64,000 nucleotides of DNA, taken from the NCBI GenBank assembly GCA_977017645.1, contig OZ360230.1, positions 31,558,001-31,622,000 on the forward strand. Direction: 5' to 3'. Shown piece by piece: positions 27,702 to 39,273 of the stretch; position 1 is the first letter of the stretch, and every line of letters begins with the position of its first letter. Both the position numbers and the translations under genes were made by a program. This DNA comes from Torpedo marmorata (lineage: Eukaryota). Below the pieces are notes generated by a model, which saw only the letters and a list, made by a program, of their open reading frames with translations, was not told the DNA's origin and searched no databases.

Positions 27702-27875
27702 CTTCAAAAACCCCTCCTACGACAACTACATCCCCTGCTACAACTTCAACATCCATGACACCATTCACTTCGGAGACACCGAGCACAACAACATCGCAGA
27801 GCTCCACTCCTCCCCCAACAAGTGAAACTACCATGTCTACAACAACTGATGTCAGTTCAACAACAACAGTAATTT
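27702..27875 (+). CDS. PTS exon B6
   Basis: As B2. Confidence 0.8.
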
Positions 27876-28345
27876 GTAAGTTGGTAACGCTATGTCCATG
27901 AACAAAAGAGTATCAATCTCCGTAACTAAATAAATAAAACAGATCAACTGGATTGACTGACATGAGCTATTGAGACTGTTAATTATTATCAATGTCAGAA
28001 AATGGTAAATAGTCCACTCCGGTTATCACTGTCCCTTTTTCTATCATATGTGTCACAACTCGTTCCAATGCAAATGTCCTGAAGATTAACTAAAGTTGTA
28101 CACAATTTTCATGTTTCCGCAATCCCGTTTCAAATACTCATATTACCGCTCCTATACAGGTGAGCATGATTCAGTCGCTCTAACCTCAAACACACAACAT
28201 TAATAACATGTAAAGCCTTGATTACATAAGGTACAGTCAACCTGGAAATTTGCACTCTGTATCACGAGCATACATGCTGTAAAATAACAACAAAATCATT
28301 TAATTTCATATGATATTCCAAGCTGAATATCTATGTTTAATGCAA

Positions 28346-28516
28346 TTATAACTTCTCCAGCTTCAACTACTCTCCCCACAACAATTTCATCATCTACTGC
28401 ACCAATCACTATGGAGAGAACGAGCACAACAACCACACAGAGCTCCGCTCCTCCAAGAACAACTGACACTCCGACATCTACAACAACTGATGTCAGTTCC
28501 ACAACAACAGGAATTT
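28346..28516 (+). pseudogene. Exon-like copy C6
   Basis: GCAA / ATGAGT boundaries. Confidence 0.7.
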
Positions 28517-29104
28517 ATGAGTTGCAAATGCTCTGTCCATAAAAAATTGAATTCATCCTCTGTTTATAAATAAAGTAACACAGATAAACTTGATTGAAAT
28601 AAAATTAGTAAGTGGAGGTTACAGGTGATGAGTGAATAGTTCATTGTCTTTTGTCTTGACACTTTCAAGAAAGATAATGAATAACTTGATTGAATTTCAG
28701 GATCGATTCTGATCGTGAATTATCTTGAAAATCAATTGCATTCAAATGATCAACTCTTGCTCCAAGTATTCCGTTTTCAATCAATTTTGTCACAATTAAT
28801 CCAGCTGCAAGCATTCCTATTGAATTTCTCATGTTGCAAATTATGCTGATGAAAATCAGTGTTTCACTTCCATCACTTTTGACTACTCATATTTCAACTC
28901 TTCCCACTAAGACACAAGTACAGGTGATACAAGCACACTTGCTTCAAAGCCCAATTGTATAAATATGTCTATACACAGCTTTATAGAATATGGTGTTACC
29001 CAGACACTTCGATCATGTTTCAGTTGCTAAATTGTTTTGAGTTAATAAGAGAGAAATAATCATTTCATGCAATAACTATATTGTGTATCCATGTTTCAAT
29101 GCAG

Positions 29105-29278
29105 CTACAACAAACACTGCTACGACAAGTACACCCACTGCTCCAACTTCAACATCCACGACACCATTCACTTCGGAGACCATGAGCACAATAACAACAT
29201 CGCAGAGCTCGACTCCTTCATCAACAAGTCAAACTACCACGTCTACAACAACTGATGTCAGTTCCACAACAGAAATTT
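29105..29278 (+). CDS. PTS exon D6
   Basis: As D1. Confidence 0.8.
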
Positions 29279-29355
29279 GTAAGTAGTAAACGCAATATCC
29301 ATTAACTATAGAGGATCACTCTCAGAAAGCATATAAAGTAACACAGACCAACTGG

Positions 29356-30904
29356 CTCATCGGGCTGTGATGGCTCAGCTCATCAGGCTGTTATGCTTCA
29401 CTACCCGATGAGCTGAACAACTTCTATGCCCGCTTTGAGAAGAAGAACCAAACAGTGCCTACTAGAATCCCTGAAAAGGCTGAGGTCCCTGTGATATCTG
29501 TCTCTGAGGGCGACGTCAGAACATCATTCAAGAGGGTGAACCCTCGCAAGGTGTCAGGCCCTGACGGCGTACCTGGCATGGTACTGAAAATCTGCGCCAC
29601 CCAACTAGACGTTGTGTTCGCGGACATTTTCAACCTCTCATTGCGGCAGTCAGAGGTTCCCACCTGCTTCAAAAGGGCATCAATCATCCTTGTTCCCAAG
29701 AAGAGTAATGTGAGCTGCCTCAACGACTACCTCCCAGTAGCATTAACTTCTACTGTGATGAAATGCTTTGAGAGGCTGTTCATGGCCAGAAATAAAACAT
29801 ACCTAAGCAAAGATCTGGACCCACTGCAACTCGCCTATCGTCACAATCACTCCACAGCAGATGCAATATCGCTGGCTCTCCACTCAGCTCTGGATCACCT
29901 CGAAAACAGCAATTCATACCTACGACTGCTCTTCATCGACTACAGCTCGGCGTTCAATACCATTATTCACTCAGTGCTGGTCAAGAAGCTACTAGCTCGA
30001 GGCCTCTGTACCTTTCTCTGCAACTGGATCCTTGACTTTCTCATCGGAAGATCACAGTCAGTACGAATTGGAAACAACATCTCCTCCTCACTGATTATCA
30101 ACACAGGAGCACCCAAAGGATGCATGTTTAGCCCACTGCTCTACTCGTTATACAACCATGAATGTGTGACTAGGCACAATTCCAATGCCATCTACATGTT
30201 TGCCGATGACACCACAGTTGTCGGCAGATTCACAAACGGCAATGAGGAAGCATACTGGAGGGAGACAGATCAGCTCATTGAATGGTGTAACGACAACAAC
30301 CTTGCATCATCAAAACCAAGGATATGATTGTGGACTTCAGGAGAAAGTCATGGGAACACGACCCAATCCTCATTGAGGGCTGAGTAGTGGAGAGGGTCAA
30401 GAACTTCAAATTCCTGGGTGTCAACATCTCCGAGGATCTGTCCTGGAGCCTACACTTTGATGCAATCAGAAAGAAGGCTCGTCAGCGGCTATACTTTATG
30501 AGGGGTCTGAGGAGATTCAGTATGTCACCGAAGACTCTCGTAAACTTCTACAGGTGTACCGTGGAGAGCATTTTGGCTGGTTGCATCACTGCCTGGTATG
30601 AAGGTGCCAACTCTCAGGACAAGAGAAAACTGCAGAGGGTTGTTAACTCAGCCTTTGACATCACAGGCCCAAGACTTCACTCCATCGAGGACATCTCCAT
30701 GAGGCGCTGTCTTAAAAAAGCAGCCTCCATCCACAAGGACCCCCACCACCCAGGCCATGCCCTCTTCACTCTGCTACCATCGGGAAAAAGGTACAGGAGC
30801 CTAAAAACGAGCACTCAACGGCACAAGGACAGCTTCTAACCCGCTGCCATCAGATTCCTGAATAATCAATGAACCAAAGACACTGCCTTACTTTTCGTGC
30901 ACTA

Positions 30905-30943
<39 letters not shown>

Positions 30944-31056
30944 CTTTTATATAGTAATATCGTAAGATGGTTATAATGTGAATGCTTGCACTATGATGCT
31001 ACCGCAAAACACTGAATTTCATGACTTGTTCATGACAATAAATTCTGATTCTGATT
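29356..31056 (+). mobile_element. Rex1/Babar-type LINE fragment, copy 6
   Basis: ORFs 29455..30327 and 30387..30839. Confidence 0.88.
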
Positions 31057-31685
31057 CTGGTTTGACTCTCATGAGCAATTGAGACTGTGAACCATTATGA
31101 AAGTCAAAAACTGGTAAATAGTCTACTATGGTTGTCACTGCCCGTTTTCTAACATACGTATCTGTTGTGTTGAGAAAGAGTATCTGGTTTGGTGGGTTCA
31201 CAGAGAGACAAGTCTGGACACAAGGGTTTGCAAATCACATGTAACTTTTATTAACACACAACAATTTATAGAAGATTGTGGGAAATCGTAATGGGAATAA
31301 AACACACCCGCACACAATTTATAAAAGAGCTTGGCAAAATCGTAACGGGAATAAAACACACACGAGCACAATTTATAAAAGAGTGTGGGAAAATCGTAAC
31401 GGGAATAAAACACACACACACACAATTTATAAAAGAGCATGGTAAAATCGTAACCGGAAACAAACAAAGTGGAGAACGTTAAAGAGTACACAATTTCTAA
31501 TTCACAATGGCAATGCAGACATTCACACACTATAAGCAGGGGTTCTACACACGTTCCCGGATCCCTGATCATTGGAAGGTGGCCCTAATACACACTACAC
31601 ACAGGGGTGTACACATGCTCCCGGACCCCTGATCGTTGGGAGTGCCGGTCAACTGTAAATATTGATCGATAGCAATTTGATCTAT

Positions 31686-31927
31686 TGTGGTAAACCACTG
31701 TTTGTGTATTGTATGTACTGCTGTCTGTCCCGACGACTCCTCTCCCCTCCTTTGGGTCTCCAGGTAATCCCTCCCCTTTTCTCTCTTGAATAAAGGCTTG
31801 TGTGCTAGGGCTCCGCCCTCAGTCCGGGAGATCTGTAGGTCCACTGCAGGTCTGTTTTATGTATATTAAAGCCTATGGTACGTTAACCCTCTCATAGTCT
31901 CTTGAGTGCTAATTGATAGGCATATCA
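31686..31927 (+). repeat. Gypsy 5' LTR
   Basis: TGTGGTAAAC...GCATATCA; two mismatches to the 3' LTR. Confidence 0.95.
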
Positions 31928-31950
31928 ATTTAATATACATAAGAAAAATT

Positions 31951-34560
31951 ATGGAAGGCGCCCTCCGACCGGACCGACTGGACATCGACCCTTTGGCTCC
32001 TGATGCTGGCCATGCATTCGAACACTGGCTACGCTGCCTCCGATCGTTCTCAAAGGAGGTCAAGGCCGAAAGCGACGAGCAGAAACTAGAGGTCCTAGTA
32101 TCTAGGGTAAGCCCTCGGTTGTATTCAACCATCTGGAAATGCGGGACGTACAACGAGGCGATGGAGGCACTGAAAAAGATCTATGTGACCCCAGTTAATG
32201 AGGTCTACGCGAGATATAGACTATCGTTAAGAAAACAGCGGGCCGGGGAGTCAATAGTGGACTTTGTCAGGGACATCCAGTCCCTAGTGCGAGCGTGCGC
32301 CTGTAAAGCGCTGACTGAAGAACAACATGTCGATCTGCTGGAGAGGGACACCTTTATTATGGGGATGAGGTCAGTATACGTACGCCAGCGGCTGCTGGAG
32401 CACTCTGACCTCGATCTCCGTTCTGCGGTGGCGATGGCTCGCACGCTGGAGTCCGCGCTGCAGAACTCCGACGCGATGCAGACGCGGGACCCCCAAGCTA
32501 ATGCGTGGATCGCCCCGTTCCCCAGCCCCACCGATCCAACTGTGGCCGCTGTGGCCCGCGACCCGATTGCTGCCGCCGCTACCCGCGACCCGACCGCTAC
32601 TGACGCTACTCTCACCGCCGCAGCTGTTAATCGCGAGCCCGAGAAGTGCTACTTCTGCGGGCTCGACAAGCATCCGAGGAAGCGCTGCCCGGCCCGCGAC
32701 GCGACTTGTTCCAACTGCGGCAAGAAAGGCCACTTCGCGAAGGCCTGCCGCTCCAAGCCGCGCGCGGGCCCGAGTAGTGCCGCGTGCGAGAGATGGGAGC
32801 GGCCATCTTGCAGACTGGCACTTCCGGCGCCGACCGCGTGTGAGGAGTGGAAGCGGCCATCTTTCATGCTGGCACTTCCGGCGCCGCCATCTCAGAGCCA
32901 TACATCGTTACTTCCGGCACTTCCGGCGCCGCCATTTTGTGCAGAGACCTCTAGCGACACGTGCAACCCACGGGAGCGGCCATTTTTAAAGACCTCGGAT
33001 CAAGACGACTTCACCCCAACTTTGGCATCCATCACCCTCGACCAGAACGTTCCCCACCAGCTGACAAGATCCATGATGGACATACTAGTCGAGGGACACA
33101 AGATAACTTGTTTATTTGACACTGGAAGCACTGAGAGCTTTATCCACCCGGATACTGTTCAACGCTGTGGCCTAACGACCGTACCGGTAAGCCAGAGGGT
33201 GGCCATGGCGTCCGGGTCCCACACAACCGACATCCGGGGGGCGTGTGTGGCGAACATTGTGGTACAAGGGGCAGAGTACCGGCAATCTTCCTTGTTTGTC
33301 ATGAACCGTTTGTGTGCGCCGGTATTACTGGGTTTGGATTTTCAGAGCCATTTGCAGAGCGTTACAATGCGGTATGACGGTCCTCTCCCCGCGATCACTG
33401 TAGCCAACCACCAGTTTCTGGATAGCACGCCCGAAACCACCTGTGGTCTTTCCACCCTTAAGATCTCGCCTCCGTCGTTGTTTGCGAACCTGACCCCGGA
33501 CTGTAGGCCTGTGGCAACTAAAAGCAGGCGTTACAGTGCCGAGGACAGAGCATTCATCAAGACGGAGGTACAGAGATTGCAACAGGAAGGGATTATAGAG
33601 AAGAGCAATAGTCCCTGGAGAGCCCAGGTGGTCATTGTAAAAGGGGCCAAGAACAGAATGGTGGTGGACTACAGCCAAACCATTAACAGGTTTACGCTAC
33701 TAGATGCATACCCGCTACCACGGATAGCGGAGATGGTGAACCAAATTGCCCAATACCGTCTCTTTTCCACCATCGACTTGAAATCGGCATATCACCAGCT
33801 CCCTATCCGTCGGGAGGACCGTTCATACACCGCGTTCGAGGCAGATGGCAGGCTGTTCCAATTCTTGCGCCTTCCATTTGGTGTTACTAATGGTGTTTCT
33901 GTTTTTCAGCGGGAGATGGACAGGATTGTGGACCATTACAAACTTAAAGCCACTTTCCCATACCTTGACGACATTACCATCTGTGGTTATGATCGTCAGG
34001 ACCATGACAACAACCTCCGGAGGTTCCTGCAGGCGGCAAAAGCTCTAAACCTCACGTATAACAAAGAAAAATGCGTGTTTGGTACCACTCGCCTCGCTAT
34101 TTTGGGGTATGTGGTCGAGAACGGGGTAATTGGACCAGACCCCGAACGCATGCGGCCCCTGCTGGAACTTCCGCTCCCCGCCAATCCCAGATCCCTTAAA
34201 CGATGCCTCGGGTTCTTTTACTATTATGCCCAATGGGTCCCAAATTATGCGGATAAGGCCCGACCCCTTGTGAAATCCACTGCATTTCCCCTTGCTTCGG
34301 AGGCACGTAAGGCGTTCGACCTTATAAAAGGGGACATTGCGCGAGCAACAATGCACGCAGTGGATGAGCAGACACCTTTCCAGGTGGAGAGTGACGCATC
34401 GGACTTCGCGCTGGCTGCTACCCTCAACCAGGCGGGAAGGCCGGTGGCATTTTTCTCTCGAACCCTCCAGGGCCCCGAGATTCGGCACTCAGCGGTGGAG
34501 AAGGAAGCCCAGGCCATTGTGGAAGCCATCAGGCATTGGAGGCACTCTTCTCGCCGGTAA
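31951..34560 (+). CDS. Gypsy gag-pol, N-terminal part (Gag, protease, RT, most of RNase H), ended by a frameshift
   Basis: CYFCGLDKH/CSNCGKKGHFAKAC knuckles, LFDTGS protease, IDLKSAYHQL, YLDD, VESDAS, VEKEA. Confidence 0.9.
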   Translation: MEGALRPDRLDIDPLAPDAGHAFEHWLRCLRSFSKEVKAESDEQKLEVLVSRVSPRLYSTIWKCGTYNEAMEALKKIYVTPVNEVYARYRLSLRKQRAGESIVDFVRDIQSLVRACACKALTEEQHVDLLERDTFIMGMRSVYVRQRLLEHSDLDLRSAVAMARTLESALQNSDAMQTRDPQANAWIAPFPSPTDPTVAAVARDPIAAAATRDPTATDATLTAAAVNREPEKCYFCGLDKHPRKRCPARDATCSNCGKKGHFAKACRSKPRAGPSSAACERWERPSCRLALPAPTACEEWKRPSFMLALPAPPSQSHTSLLPALPAPPFCAETSSDTCNPRERPFLKTSDQDDFTPTLASITLDQNVPHQLTRSMMDILVEGHKITCLFDTGSTESFIHPDTVQRCGLTTVPVSQRVAMASGSHTTDIRGACVANIVVQGAEYRQSSLFVMNRLCAPVLLGLDFQSHLQSVTMRYDGPLPAITVANHQFLDSTPETTCGLSTLKISPPSLFANLTPDCRPVATKSRRYSAEDRAFIKTEVQRLQQEGIIEKSNSPWRAQVVIVKGAKNRMVVDYSQTINRFTLLDAYPLPRIAEMVNQIAQYRLFSTIDLKSAYHQLPIRREDRSYTAFEADGRLFQFLRLPFGVTNGVSVFQREMDRIVDHYKLKATFPYLDDITICGYDRQDHDNNLRRFLQAAKALNLTYNKEKCVFGTTRLAILGYVVENGVIGPDPERMRPLLELPLPANPRSLKRCLGFFYYYAQWVPNYADKARPLVKSTAFPLASEARKAFDLIKGDIARATMHAVDEQTPFQVESDASDFALAATLNQAGRPVAFFSRTLQGPEIRHSAVEKEAQAIVEAIRHWRHSSRR

Positions 34561-35887
34561 GCATTTTACCCTGCTCACAGATCAACGCTCTGTGGCATTC
34601 ATGTTCAACATTCAGCAGCGGGGTAAGATCAAAAATGACAAGATCATGAGGTGGAGGATAGAGCTCTCCACCTACAATTACGACATCATGTACCGGCCCG
34701 GGAAGCTCAATGAGCCCTCCGATGCTCTATCCCGGGGATCGTGCGCTAGCGCGCAGGTCGACCGATTACACGCCCTACATAACGACCTATGCCACCCAGG
34801 AATTACCAGGCTCTTTCACTTCGTGAAGTCACAGAACCTGCCATACTCCCTGGAAGAGGTCAGGACAATGTTCAGCAGTTGCCGGGTTTGCGCGGAGTGC
34901 AAACCCCAGTTTTACCGCCCCGACAAGGCACAGCTGATCAAAGCCACTCGCCCCTTTGAACGTCTCAGCATTGACTTCAAGGGTCCCCTTCCCTCCACGA
35001 ACCGCAATGTGTACTTTCTGAACATTATTGACGAGTACTCGCTGTTCCCCTTCGCCATTCCCTGCCCCGACACTTCGGCTGCCTCAACCATAAAAGCTCT
35101 TCGCCAGGTATTTACGCTGTTCGGCTTCCCGAACTACATTCATAGCGACCGGGGATCAGCTTTTATGAGTGAGGAGCTGCGCCAGTTCCTGCTGACCCGG
35201 GGCATCGCCACTAGTAGGACCACCGCATACAACCCCCGAGGTAATGGACAGGTGGAAAGGGAGAACGCCACTGTCTGGAAGGCGGCGCTCCTGGCTCTCA
35301 AGTCCAGGGGACTGCCGGTTTCCCGCTGGCAAGATGTTCTCCCCGAAGCCCTCCATTCGATACGGTCCTTACTGTGCACAGCCACCAATGTAACGCCTCA
35401 TGAGAGATTTTTCTCCTTCTCCAGGAGGTCGAACACCGGGACCGCCCTGCCTGCCTGGCTGACGTCTCCGGGGCCGGTGCTGCTCCGCAACCACCTCCGG
35501 AGCAGCAAATATGAGCCCGCGGTCCAGAGGGTGCAGTTAGCGCACGCTAACCCGCAGTACGCCTACGTGGTCTTCCCGGATGGGAGAGAGGACACGGTCT
35601 CAATTCGGGACCTGGCGCCCGCGGGAGCGCCGGAGGAACCTCTCGATGGGCAAGACCACTCGCTGCGGCCCCTCCCTATTCCCTCTTCTACAACGTCAGA
35701 CCAGGCACCCGCGATGGAACCCACAATCCTGCCATCTCACCCAGCACCACAGGAGGAGGCGACGGCCTTGCCATCTTCCCCTGCACCACAACCCGCACCC
35801 AGGGTACCCCCTGCACCACAACCCGCACCCAGGGTACTGCGCAGGTCACAGAGGCGAGCCAAACCACCGGACCGCCTTGACCTGTAG
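34550..35887 (+). CDS. Gypsy pol C-terminal part (end of RNase H, integrase)
   Basis: LTDQ, DALSR, HHCC (HNDLCHPG...CRVC), IDFKGP, SDRGSAF, NGQVER. Confidence 0.9.
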   Translation, partial: LAGKHFTLLTDQRSVAFMFNIQQRGKIKNDKIMRWRIELSTYNYDIMYRPGKLNEPSDALSRGSCASAQVDRLHALHNDLCHPGITRLFHFVKSQNLPYSLEEVRTMFSSCRVCAECKPQFYRPDKAQLIKATRPFERLSIDFKGPLPSTNRNVYFLNIIDEYSLFPFAIPCPDTSAASTIKALRQVFTLFGFPNYIHSDRGSAFMSEELRQFLLTRGIATSRTTAYNPRGNGQVERENATVWKAALLALKSRGLPVSRWQDVLPEALHSIRSLLCTATNVTPHERFFSFSRRSNTGTALPAWLTSPGPVLLRNHLRSSKYEPAVQRVQLAHANPQYAYVVFPDGREDTVSIRDLAPAGAPEEPLDGQDHSLRPLPIPSSTTSDQAPAMEPTILPSHPAPQEEATALPSSPAPQPAPRVPPAPQPAPRVLRRSQRRAKPPDRLDL

Positions 35888-35962
35888 ATTATGACTGTAA
35901 ATACTTTGAGATTGTATTGTGGCCACTTCACCCCGCTGGACTCTTTTCAAAGGAGGGGTGAA

Positions 35963-36204
35963 TGTGGTAAACCACTGTTTGTGTATTGTATGTACTGCTG
36001 TCTGTCCCGACGACTCCTCTCCCCTCCTTTGGGTCTCCAGGTAATCCCTCCCCTATTCTCTCTTGAATAAAGGCTTGTGTGCTAGGGCTCCGCCCTCAGT
36101 ACGGGAGATCTGTAGGTCCACTGCAGGTCTGTTTTATGTATATTAAAGCCTATGGTACGTTAACCCTCTCATAGTCTCTTGAGTGCTAATTGATAGGCAT
36201 ATCA
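35963..36204 (+). repeat. Gypsy 3' LTR
   Basis: Direct repeat of 31686-31927 following the PPT. Confidence 0.95.
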
Positions 36205-36877
36205 TCTATAGCAACACTACGGCTCAGCTTCAGTGCAGTGCACACCTTACCTGTGACCCTTCCAAGCGACGTCCATAGTAGCGACCTGGTATGGAGCAGT
36301 ATCCGGGGCTCAGAGCATGAGTGAGAGAGAGTGAAATGTTCGCTGTGCTGGCGCTAAATACAGTACTAATCTGTGTGTCTAGCCTATAGTGACGCTGAGT
36401 GATTTGAATTAGCCAACAGAAAGGTGTGCACTAATTAGTGGCCGGTGTCCAACCTTGACTGACAGGTGATATGAATTCCGAATAAGTTCCATACGGGGAA
36501 GACACGTGACCACTCGCAATACACACATTCCAGACAAGAAGGGAGGCCACATCTCCTCCACACACAACAGTATCACAACAAGTTCCTATGCAAATGTCCT
36601 GACGATCAACTCCAGTTGTACGCAATTTTCACGTATCATATGTTTCCCCCACTCCAGTTTCAATGGTTCATACTACAACTACTATCACAGGTGAACCTGA
36701 TTCTATCACTCTTGCTTCAAACACCCAACTTTAATAACATGTAAAGCCTTGATTACACAAGGCCTCGTCAACTTGGAACTTTCTGCTTTTAATCACGAGC
36801 ATACATGTTGTGAGTTAACAACTAAGTCATTACATTTCACATGATATTCAATGCTCAATTTCTATGCTTAAATGCAG

Positions 36878-37048
36878 TGACAACCTCTCCAGCTACAACT
36901 ACTCTCCCCACTACAACTTCAATTTCGACGACACCAATCACTACGGAGACAACAAGCACAACAACCACACAGAGCTCCACTCCTCCAGGAACAACTGACA
37001 CTACGACAACTTCAACAACTGATGTCAGCTCCACATCAACAGGAATTT
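36878..37048 (+). CDS. PTS exon A7
   Basis: As A2. Confidence 0.8.
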
Positions 37049-37619
37049 GTAAGTTGCAAATACTCTGTCCATGAAAAATTGAATTCATCCTCTGTTAAAA
37101 AATAAAGTAACACAGAAAACTTGATCGAAACAAAATTAGTCAGTGAAGGAAAAAGGTGCCGAGTAAATTATACTTTGTCTTTTGTATTGTCACTTTCTCA
37201 AAAGAAAAAGGAACAACTTGATTGAATTTCAGGTTCGATTCTGTTTGTGAATCAACTTGAAAATCATTTGCGACCAAATGATCTACTCTAGCGCCATGTA
37301 TTCCATTTTCAATCATTTTTGTCACAACTAATCCAGCTGCAAGCATTCCTATTGATCTTCTCTTGTTTCAAATAATGCTGATGCAAGTCGGAACATTTCA
37401 GTTCCGTCACTTTTAAACTACACCCACTGTGAATACATCTGATGCAAGCACACTTGTTTGGAACCCCAAATGTATAAATATGTCTGAAGACATCTTTATA
37501 GAATGGGTTTTTGCCCAGACACTTCATCTGTGTATCAATTGCTAACTTGTTTTGAGTGAGTAAGAAAAAAAAAATCATTTCATGGATTATCAATCATGAG
37601 TAACTATGTTTCATTGCAG

Positions 37620-37793
37620 CTTCAACAACCCCTCCTACGACAACTACATCCCCTGCTACAACTTCAACATCCATGACACCATTCACTTCGGAGACACCGA
37701 GCACAACAACATCGCAGAGCTCCACTCCTCTCCCAACAAGTGAAACTACCATGTCTACAACAACTGATGTCAGTTCAACAACAACAGTAATTT
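37620..37793 (+). CDS. PTS exon B7
   Basis: As B1. Confidence 0.8.
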
Positions 37794-38263
37794 GTAAGTT
37801 GGTAACGCTATGTCCATGAACAAAAGAGTATCACTCTCAGTAACTAAATAAATAACACAGATCAACTGGATTGACTGACATGAGCTATTGAGACTGTTAA
37901 TTATTATCAATGTCAGAAAATGCTAAATAGTCCACTCCGGTTATCACTGTCCCTTTTTCTATCATATGTGTCACAACTCGTTCCAATGCAAATGTCCTGA
38001 AGATTAACTAAAGTTGTACACAATTTTCATGTTTCCGCAATCCCGTTTCAAATACTCATATTACCGCTCCTATACAGGTGAGCATGATTCAGTCGCTCTA
38101 ACCTCAAACACACAACATTAATAACATGTAAAGCCTTGATTACATAAGGTACAGTCAACCTGGAAATTTGCACTCTGTATCACGAGCATACATGCTGTAA
38201 AATAACAACAAAATCATTTAATTTCATATGATATTCCAAGCTGAATATCTATGTTTAATGCAA

Positions 38264-38434
38264 TTATAATTTCTCCAGCTTCAACTACTCTCCCCACAAC
38301 AATTTCATCATCTACTGCACCAATCACTATGGAGAGAACGAGCACAACAACCACACAGAGCTCCGCTCCTCCAAGAACAACTGACACTCCGACATCTACA
38401 ACAACTGATGTCAGTTCCACAACAACAGGAATTT
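38264..38434 (+). pseudogene. Exon-like copy C7
   Basis: GCAA / ATGAGT boundaries. Confidence 0.7.
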
Positions 38435-39022
38435 ATGAGTTGCAAATGCTCTGTCCATGAAAAATTGAATTCATCCTCTGTTTATAAATAAAGTAACACA
38501 GATAAACTTGATTGAAATAAAATTAGTAAGTGGAGGTTACAGGTGATGAGTGAATAGTTCATTGTCTTTTGTCTTGACACTTTCAAGAAAGATAATGAAT
38601 AACTTGATTGAATTTCAGGATCGATTCTGATCGTGAATTATCTTGAAAATCAATTGCATTCAAATGATCAACTCTTGCTCCAAGTATTCCGTTTTCAATC
38701 AATTTTGTCACAATTAATCCAGCTGCAAGCATTCCTATTGAATTTCTCACGTTGCAAATTATGCTGATGCAAATCAGTGTTTCACTTCCATCACTTTTGA
38801 CTACTCATATTTCAACTCTTCCCACTAAGACACAAGTACAGGTGATACAAGCACACTTGCTTCAAAGCCCAATTGTATAAATATGTCTATACACAGCTTT
38901 ATAGAATATGGTGTTACCCAGACACTTCGATCATGTTTCAGTTGCTAAATTGTTTTGAGTTAATAAGAGAGAAATAATCATTTCATGCAATAACTATATT
39001 GTGTATCCATGTTTCAATGCAG

Positions 39023-39196
39023 CTACAACAAACACTGCTACGACAAGTACACCCACTGCTCCAACTTCAACATCCACGACACCATTCACTTCGGAGACCA
39101 TGAGCACAATAACAACATCGCAGAGCTCGACTCCTTCATCAACAAGTCAAACTACCACGTCTACAACAACTGATGTCAGTTCCACAACAGAAATTT
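39023..39196 (+). CDS. PTS exon D7
   Basis: As D1. Confidence 0.8.
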
Positions 39197-39273
39197 GTAA
39201 GTAGTAAACGCAATAACCATTAACTATAGAGGATCACTCTGAGAAACCACATAAAGTAACACAGACCAACTGG

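Larger units (their letters stand above)
31686..36204 (+). mobile_element. Full-length Ty3/Gypsy LTR retrotransposon (Mag-like)
   Basis: 242 bp TG...CA LTRs, TCTAT TSD (31681-31685, 36205-36209), PPT 35949-35962, gag-PR-RT-RH-IN order; Mag call is from paired CCHC knuckles and 5 bp TSD, not from a tree. Confidence 0.95.
31163..36569 (-). mobile_element. Solo LTR, copy 6, split by a nested Gypsy element
   Basis: Left part 31163-31685, right part 36205-36569; GTATC TSD retained. Confidence 0.8.

Noticed and set aside
34540-34560. Programmed ribosomal frameshift in the Gypsy pol
   Set aside because: Falls inside RNase H rather than at the gag-pol boundary and has no slippery heptamer; best read as a 1 bp insertion or sequencing error
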